Below, piece after piece: positions 1 to 9,200 of a stretch of 64,000 nucleotides of DNA; position 1 is the stretch's first letter, and the number at the start of each line of letters is the position of its first letter. The notes beneath the pieces are model-generated. The model ran no database searches, was not told the DNA's origin, and saw only the letters and a list, made by a program, of their open reading frames with translations. The stretch is from Macrostomum lignano (lineage: Eukaryota), in NCBI GenBank assembly GCA_002269645.1, contig NIVC01000034.1, positions 62,001-126,000 on the forward strand. The letters are read 5' to 3'. The position numbers and the translations under genes were made by a program.

Positions 1-205
1 TTCCTATCAGGCGTCCAATGTCATCTGGCAGGAGTTCTGTCAGTCTAGTTGCTGAATTTCATAGCGCTTGGGTGTCTGGAGGGACGACAGGATCAGACCC
101 TAGTGCTGGTCAATTGTGTCTTCAGTTTGCATTTAGAGTGAAGGATTCGTTCCATTCTTCTAGTGCCAGCGCGGCAAAACTGGTTCTGCTAAAACGCGTC
201 TCTGG
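1..205 (+). CDS. Cluster A alternative exon A0 (5'-truncated by window edge)
   Basis: Encodes ...LCLQFAFRV...LVLLKRVSG, donor GG|gtagg at 206, phase 2 like the other A exons. Confidence 0.8.
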
Positions 206-3200
206 GTAGGAGTTTTTGCATCATGTTTATTCCCGCTTCTTTAGGCGAGCCTTGCCAAGTTTATTGAATTTGATAGCACACCTGTGGTAGCTGAAATTGT
301 AACCGTTTTTTATGTCTTTTTTTCAAATAAGTTACCCACTGCGTTTCGGTTGACTGCTCCTCAAAATTGCCAAATGTTTGCACATGGAGCGACGGTCAAT
401 TCAATCGAGCTGCCAACTGGAAGGTCGCAATTGACTCCAATAGTCGCTGTGCTTCCTATTGCCTCGTTCCAAATAAGATTAGGTCTCAAGCGATGACGTC
501 ATCACGTAGCTCTTCGGCACAGGCTTACACTGGAAGCTTTCTTAGTGGCTGGATTGTCGCTGAAGAGTCAAGACAGAATCCAATGTGTCTGCAATTCAAT
601 TACAAGTTTGTTCTAGCAGAGCCAGTAATATCCAAGCCTGGATTGCAACTGGCTTTGTTAAAGCGTACATTTGGGTATGTTTTTGGATTAAATTGGAGCA
701 ACGAGTCTTATTAATCAATTTTTAGCTTGATAAAAAATGCATCAAGTTTAATTAGTATATGTAAAGCATCTAGAACTCGTAAATGCCCTCTTATAGCCGT
801 CTCAATTGATTGCTCATCGACCTCGCCTACTTTTTGCACTTGGAGCGATTCACCTTTTAATCGGGCAGCCAATTGGAAGGCCGCAATCGATCCCAGCGTT
901 CGTAGCGGTGGTAGAAGCGCGTCCTATTGCTTGATTCCAAATAGACCAGTAGCTACAGAAGACACTACTCACAGCGGTAGCTTTCTTAGTAATTGGATAA
1001 CCAAAACGAAAGAATCCGGTTCGCCAGAGCAGCAGATGTGTGTTCAGTTTGCGTACAAGTTTATTGGTTCGCCAATGACTAGAATGCATCTGGCTCTGTT
1101 AAAGCGTTCATATGGGTAAGGTCTAAAACCTGTCAGGTAAAAGTGAGCTTTTTACAGTAGAGTTTCTTTGAGCAACGAGTCCTTGTGTATGCTGCTTTTT
1201 CATTTTTGCTATAGGTACGTTTGTACTTGTTTTATTGCGTTATAGTGACATGTCTTGCCTCTTCGATTAATTGCTCGTCCAATTCGCCTATGCTCTGCTC
1301 GTGGAGCGATTATCCATTCAATCGAGCCGCTAATTGGAAGGCAACAATCGATTCTAATAGTCGTTCGTCCTCTTATTGTTTAATTCCTAATGCGGCTTTG
1401 GTGATGCCTATTAATGCAGCGTCTGAACAAGGATTTGCGGCCAGCTTTATTAGCGGTTGGATCGCTGGAAAAAACCAACGCTCGATGTGCTTGCAGTTTG
1501 CGTATAAATTTTTAGTGTCATCTCAATTGCCTGAACGTAGGCAGTCTTCTCTGGCATTATTGAAACGTTCATTTGGGTATGCTTTTATTTCAACTGATGC
1601 GATAAAAAAATGAGTACAAAAAGGTTCTGCTGCCCCCATAGATTAAAAAATTTCGTCAGGAGCGATGCATTGAAAAGCCTTAAAATGCGTCGTATGTTTG
1701 GTCATGAAGCTTTACTCCGGGCCTCTGTGAGACTGTATATTCGGGTGCAACAAAAAACTACTCCGTCTCTTAGAAGTAAAAGTTTTGAGATGGAGCAATG
1801 AGCCTTTATAATGTTAATAGAGTGGAAGTATGATGACGCATGATGCATTTTCTCTGAAAATAATTACTATAGCTACTTCGTCGACACATTTAATTGACTG
1901 CTCATCGAGCTCTCCTATGCTTTGCGCATGGAGCGATGATCCTTACAATCGAGCAGCCAATTGGAAGGTGGCCATCGACCCCAGAACTGGCCACTCGTCC
2001 TACTGCATGATCCCGAATGATCGCGCCGTGTTAGCAGCCACTTCAACACGTCATCAGCAGTTTACTGGCATCTTCCTCAGCAACTGGATTGCTAAGCAAA
2101 ATCTTCAAGCTCAAAGCTCGTCGGCAAGCGAGCATCAGATGTGTCTGCAGTTCTCCTATAGACTAGTTTCAGAATCAGTATCATCTAGTGTACATCTGAC
2201 TCTTCTAAAACGATCTTTTGGGTAGAGTTATAAGTGATTTTTACATTTTTGCATGAGCGTCGTACATAATAGTTCCATGAGTTTAAATGCGAGCCTTGCC
2301 AATACAATAATCAATTAAAGGGTGTAGAATACAAGCCAACTCTAATTCTTTTAAAACAAACACATCCTCACAGAGTCTGTACATGTACATGGCTCTAGAA
2401 TCGATTGCGATTTTTCTAACCAACGCATGTGCCAATATGCCAATGATCCTGCCAACGATCTAGTTGCCTGGCGTTGGACCTCCGTGCAGGTTCCCATGGC
2501 AACGATTCCTACTCGAACAGACGCCGTCTGTCTACTACCAGTAGTAGGCAGTAGAACGCCAGTTGGTCAAGACAGCCTGTCTGGAAAGCTATGGTTTCCA
2601 GGCTGGCTGTCTGCTATTGACCTTGTCAAAGGAGATAGCAGTTCCGCGTCCATGTGCCTAGGGTTCTCTCTGTACTTTACCACAGGAGCTAGTCTTACTC
2701 TATTGAAACGGTCGCGTGGGTATGTTCTTTTACTATGGATCAAGAAGTTTAGAGCGGAAGTGTAAATCTAAATCTTACGTTATTTATTATGTCAGTGATT
2801 TGTAAATAATCGAATCATTATTTAATTTCATTAGTCGCTCTAAGCTTTGGTCTTTAGTTTTTACTGTATCTACATTTGCTTTATTTGCTCAACATTGCGA
2901 ATTAAATTTGTTTGCTTAATTACTTATATAATATTTGATGACCATAGATGTGTACTAACATCATTCGCCTAACTCTAGGAATTAATACTCGTACTTACTG
3001 TAATCTGTGCATTTATTTATAAAAATTTGGCAGCGGGGAAGACTTCAAGGTACCTTGCACCATCGGAGCCTAATTGAAATTTACTTTTTAATTATAATCT
3101 GCCTTTGCTGATTTCCTAAGAGCTAAATAATGTGCGAATTCAAACGGTCTGGTGCAAAGAAATAACGTTAAACGTTTGTTTATTGGCCAATATGCAAGTA

Positions 3201-6200
3201 ATTAACTAATTATCTATGCTCTTTGTAAAGCTTCTTTTTAAATTAGTCATGGTTTTGCGTAAAACTAGGCGTAGTTCATTCTTCCCAACTGCTGATCAAA
3301 CTAGGCGTAGTTCATTCTTCCCAACTGCTGATCAAAAGTAAGAAAAAATGACGGTTTCCAGTACACAGCAGATACCCCCAAATCCTTTTGAAAAAAAGGT
3401 CGTGCATGTCCGGCTCGAAACTCGAAAATGGCTTAGAAGTAAACTCACACTTGTGCAAAAGTGTTACTCTGTGGAAATCTGCTAGCTCGGAAAGCAGTCA
3501 AGCTAATGTTGATGCTACTGAAAGTAGTTCTGCTAGCGGTAGTGGCAGTTGGTCTGGTTGGCGTACAGTTCACGCTAGTATTGTCTCTAGTGCCGACTTC
3601 AAAGTAAGAACTTACACATCTAATGAAGTCTTCTGAAGTGCTGCCCGAAATTATTGTAGTTCAACCCTTTCCAATGTTGCAAAAAGTATTTAGAATCTGT
3701 ATCTTGTCAATTATTTAGGTCCTGCATCTCAGACTCCGAACTGTCAAATGGTCAGAAAGTGATGTCACACCTTTGCAAAAGTGTAGAACTTTGGCGTTCC
3801 AATCAAAAACCAATGCTAAGCAGCTTGTCAAATTGGAATTCAATGCAGCTATCAGTTGGAGTGGAGACAGATTTCAAGGTGATTTTTTTTAAACAAAGAA
3901 TTCTACTTAGCAGAGTACTTAGTAGGTCTTTCCCGCTGTTTGAACTCGAAATTTTCTCTGATTAAACATTTTTTGACACCTGAAGCTACCTCTACCCCAT
4001 TCAGATCTTGCTCGCAGCTTAAAGCAGTTAGGCATGGTGACAAAAAGTTAAGAACATCAAACTGCGACAATTGGGAATTGTGGACATCTGCAGCCGCTAA
4101 TAATGCCCCAGGTGGTAATTGGTTTACCCAAGCTGTTACCATTGAACCAGATACAGATTTCAAGGTTAGACTTAAATCATTAATCCTTTTTATTGTTATC
4201 TTGTTCCCCGCCTGCCAAAGTTCGAGTTTAAGAACATGTTTCTAAAACTTCGATACTACAGTGGATATTTGATATTTCGACAACAAATCCACAAGATCTT
4301 GTACAGTGGCCAGCAATATTAAAATGTCTGGAGCCGAGAAGCGAAAATCTCTCTGCGAAAGTGACGTACTATGGACTAGTGCAGTATCGAACTTGGCTAG
4401 TTGGCGTATAGTGTCTGTAGATTTGCAACAAACTACTGACTTCAAGGTAGAGTACTTGCGCAAATTGCCCTACTTTTAGCTTCCCTGCTGTCAATTTGAG
4501 GACAAGTTTAAATAATGTCTAAATAAGTAGATTTAACTAATTACTAAATCCTTCCAACTCCGCAATATTTATCATAGTTCATGCACAGTGAAAAAGCCAA
4601 AAGAAAGAAAGTTCAGTCTGCACATGTGTCGCAACGAAGATGTATGGACTTCGTCAGCTATTAGGGATAGAGTGACAGCTGCTGGTGAATGGAGAACTAT
4701 TTCGGTTGATCTGAAATCTAATACAGATTTCAAGGTAAACTTTCTTATTGTTCCCTGAGTCTTCCCTCTGCCAAAGCTACTCGTTTTTTCGCAGCTTTAC
4801 TATAAGTGGAAAATTAGTTTTTTGCATTCCCCATAATGAATATAGATCTTGTGTTTCAACGGAAAAGAAAAGAGCCGGTCAGGAAGTGGCGGGACATTAT
4901 TGGTATGAGGCAGTCTAAATTCAATTCTCGATATATACTACTAGAAATTAGTTTTCACTGAGAAATTATTGGTTCAATAATCTATTTCTAGTGAAAATAT
5001 TAAGCTATGGAAAACAGCAGCGCTATATGGACAGCAGTGGACTCCAGTGTCAGTTGACATAGTTACTGGACAAGATTTTAAGGTAAATTATGCATCGTTT
5101 GAAGTCTTCTCCGTGCATGCACTTTTAAAAACGCAGGTCTATGGCGATGATAATCCCAAATAAATAGGGTTGAACCGCTATTTTCGCAGCTCTTGCACAC
5201 AAAAAGTTCGCAAGGAGATGGGCGCCGACTTCAAGTCTGTAGTATGCGATAATCGAGTGGTGTGGAGCTCCGATGCTGCGCTTTATAGCGCCTCTACCCG
5301 CACTTGGTCTAGTGGAGTTGTTAGTTTACCTACTGGGTCCGATTTTAAGGTATCTTCAAAATGACTTTTTCTGGACATTATTGAACTTTTGCCACTAATC
5401 ATATCGGGACCTTGAAGTTTTCCGTTGCAAATAGTTTTCAGGGTAAAAAAACTGACAGAAAGAATAGCTAAATAGAGATTTTGTTACGATTTTACTTAAA
5501 GATCTTGCAGCCAAGAGAGCAGAAGTGTTCATCAACAGTCGGGCAAGGATTCAAGTCGCTTCTGTGCCACAACGAAGTTGTGTGGCGGTCTGTTACTAGC
5601 ATTGAGGCTGAGCAAAGACAAGTTGGTTCCTCGTGGTTGGTGCAGCACGTTTCTTTAGAACCCGGCTCTGATTTTAAGGTACATTATCATTGCGGTATAT
5701 CATGTTTACAGAAATCCATTGGGATGTCTGGGACACCTTGAAGTCTTTCCTGAAAATTTAAATTTTGTGTTGCACCAGAATCTAGTATTTCTACTACTGT
5801 TTTGTCTACTATTTCAACGTCAGATCTTGTAGTCAAGAAAGTACTAGAGTTCGTCAACGATCGGGCAAAGAGATCAAATCCCTGACTTGTCACAATGAGG
5901 TTGCTTGGCGTTCTGATGCCAGTGATATCGGTTCTGTTAGTCATGCTGGGTCTTGGACGCGCCAGAAAGTTAGCATGGAATCTGGATCGGATTTTAAGGT
6001 ATAGCTTATAGCTTATAACTAAATGATTAATGCCTTCTTAAAGTCTTCCCCTGTATTTCTCAAATATTCTGTAGCTTAATCAAAACTAGAGAACTGCACG
6101 ATTTTGTTCTCAACATTAGATTGTGCTCAACTTCTGAGGATAAAGAAAACGATCGTTATACAAGTCCCCATCTGTGCAAGAATAAACGTTCGCTAATAAT

Positions 6201-9200
6201 AATTTCGGTCGCATTTTAAAGTCTAAATCCTGGTGTTTATATTCGGTATCTCTAGATCTTAGGCATCGGTCTGATTTTAAGGTAAATGAAGCTCTTTCTT
6301 GCTGCCAAGCATAGTATAGGATAGTTAAATTGCCGCTTCTGAACAAAGAAAAAAAGTAAATTTTTTATTTCAGGTCTTGTACTCAAGACCATCGTCAGAA
6401 TGAGGGTCTTAAGTATAATTTTGTCACTTGCGGCAATCAAGTAGTATGGAGCGCCGCTCAGCCTAGTGTAGCTCAATGGCAGTACGCTCAGGTTGCATTG
6501 CAGCATTCGCAAGATTTCAAGGTACTTTTCTCACGGTGCTTCCCCGCTGGTATAAATGTGTTAGTTTAAGATTCAACTTTCTAATATTATTGCATTAATT
6601 TTTTAAAACAATGGTTCAGTTCGTGTCTGCAATCTGATCAAGTTCAATCAGATGGCTTGTTCACATCAGTGACATGTAACAATAAGAAATTATGGTTAGC
6701 CGATCAATCTTTAAGTGGCAAATTCAATGGCTGGTCTATTGTCAATGTCGATTTGACTTCTCGTAGGGACTTTAAGGTAAATTACTAGTAATGGGGATTT
6801 GGAATATTTTTGATTGAAGTCTTCCCTAGCAAGAATTATTTCAGTGCTAAAAATTCTCATATTTTATTTTGGCTTTGGCTTTTTAAAATGCCAGATCTTG
6901 TTCCACTTTGGAGGACCGAGAAAATGGTCGATTTATTAGTGCTCACACGTGCAAAAATGAGCGTATCTGGATTGCACCCAACTTAACTGTAAATCCAAAA
7001 GTCTTTAAACGTTGGCAGCTGGCAACTGTGCCGCTCAGTTTTATCCGAAACTCAGATTTTAAGGTGAAAAGTTTTCCCATTAGCTGCCAATTTTATTATC
7101 GAGTTATTCGATTTTTTATTGAGTAGGGTATTAAAAAAAGCAAAATTATTTTTGCACAGTTCATGCACACAAGACCAGCGAGAAACGATGGGTCAATAGT
7201 ATAACTTTACCACTTGTGGAAATCAGGTTATCTGGAAGTCTGTTGACAGCAGTAGCTTGCTTGTCTGGAGGCGTATTCAAATAAGCTTGCAACAGTTAAA
7301 TGATTTCAAGGTTTCTTTTCGGGTTCTTTGGGCTTTTCATCGACTATCAAATAGACTTCCCCGCTGCTTATACTAAATTGTTCAGCTATATGAAACCGTT
7401 CTGCATTGATATCTCTCATGAATTTTTCTGTAATTGAAAAAAAAACAAATTAGTTCGTGCCAGCAGTCGGATCGGGTCAAATCAGACGGTGTTTTCACAT
7501 CGGTTCTGTGCGATAACAAAAAGTTATGGACCACTGGCGTTACAACTGACTACCCTTTGTCAGCTAGAGCAAGTGGTTGGTCTGTTGTGAATGTAGATCT
7601 GTCTTCTAGGGGAGACTTTAAGGTAACAATATTTAAATAATATTCTTTTGAAACTTGCAAAGTACCTTGAAGTGTCTTTTAACTGCCTAATCAACAGTTA
7701 AATCAAGTGTCCAATAAAAATTATGAAAAACATTTTAGCTCATGTAAACAAGCCAATGAAATTGAAAGAAACGAAATTTTCACTTCGATTTTGTGCAAAA
7801 ACAAGCAGCTTTGGTCAACCGCAAATAGTTCATCTGTTCGAACTTGGCTATCTCCTAGTAGCTACAACTGGGACACCATATCAATTTCTATAAATTCCGA
7901 TAGCGATTTTAAGGTATATACGAGCGTAATTAGCTGTCTTCTTTCCACATAATTACAGATGTTTTGGCAAAAATTCAATCAAAATTTGTTAATCGGTTCA
8001 ATATTTAGAGCGTTACATACAAACAAACAAATCTTAGACATTTAGTATATGTGGATGGATGAATGGGTAGATAGTTTAAGTTTAAAAAACGGCTCCTTTA
8101 GCAAGGTATTTTGAATCAGTCTCCGCCATGAAACTCGATAAAATTCAAGAGTTTATCTATCAGAATTGTTTAATTCATTAAGCGTGGCTAATGATCTTAT
8201 TTAGTTCATGCAGCCAATCTGACGTCAATGACAGTGGTAGAACTCGAACTGCCATGCTGTGTCACAGTGATAAACTTTGGATAAGTCATAAAGATGATTC
8301 AAGTAACAGATGGTCTAGCGTGCAAGTTTCTGTTTCCTCGGGAAATGATTTTAAGGTATTAATAGTGACATTGTTAGTTATAGTATTTTTTAAACATGTG
8401 ATCCTCTTAGCATTCAATAAACCCTTTTAGCCAAGATATATCAAGCATTTAAAAGTTTAGGAAACTTTGGCCGTTTTTTCCTTAAATCGGTCGCATGCAT
8501 ACATACATGCAAACTTGCATAGTATAAGCGATCTGACAAATAATCCATATAGGTAAAGTAGATTTTGCTTTCCTTGTGTCTTCATTTTGCTGCCAATTTT
8601 TAAGTGACTCAACTCACAGCGTAAGCTTGTACTAACATTTAAATTATTTCCATCTCAGTTCGTGCCACCAGACTGAGCGTAGCGAGTCTGGCCAGGTGAA
8701 AACATCTGTCACTTGTGACAATGTAAAAATTTGGTCAACACCCGCGACTGCCGCTCTTAAATCTAAGCTAGCTGGGATACACGGAAAATATTCAGTGTGG
8801 AATCCGGCTCAAGTTACCATAACAACATCGGTAGACTTTAAGGTATTTTTGTTGGAAAGATTATTTTCTAGGGTGTCGTTTCTCGCTGCCAGAACGAATT
8901 CTTAGGCACAGCACATTCAAGGAAGTTTTCTTGTCGAAACCAAGAAAAATAGTGAATTTAACTTGTGCGAGAAAGCTTCCTTTAGTTTTGTGCAACGAAA
9001 TGTTACCAGCGCTATTAAATTTTAGCAATACAAACAAACGACGATAATGCAATCTTAAACTTGTAGTTCTTGCCGTACAGTGGAAGCAAAACAGTTTGGT
9101 GGTAGCGGTGTGTTCTGTCAGAATAGCCCTCTGTGGCAGCAATCTTATTCTAGCAGTGTCTCATTGGATGCCAAATGGGCTACAGCTGTTGTTGATGTAC

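Larger units (their letters stand above)
245..2302 (+). promoter_or_regulatory. Cluster A candidate selector motifs, consensus GGAGCAAYGAGYCTTGCCAA, one per intron
   Basis: 245-258 gcgagccttgccaa; 695-709 ggagcaacgagtctt; 1170-1185 gagcaacgagtccttg; 1792-1806 ggagcaatgagcctt; 2289-2302 gcgagccttgccaa. Each ends about 60-90 nt before the next A acceptor. Confidence 0.7.
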
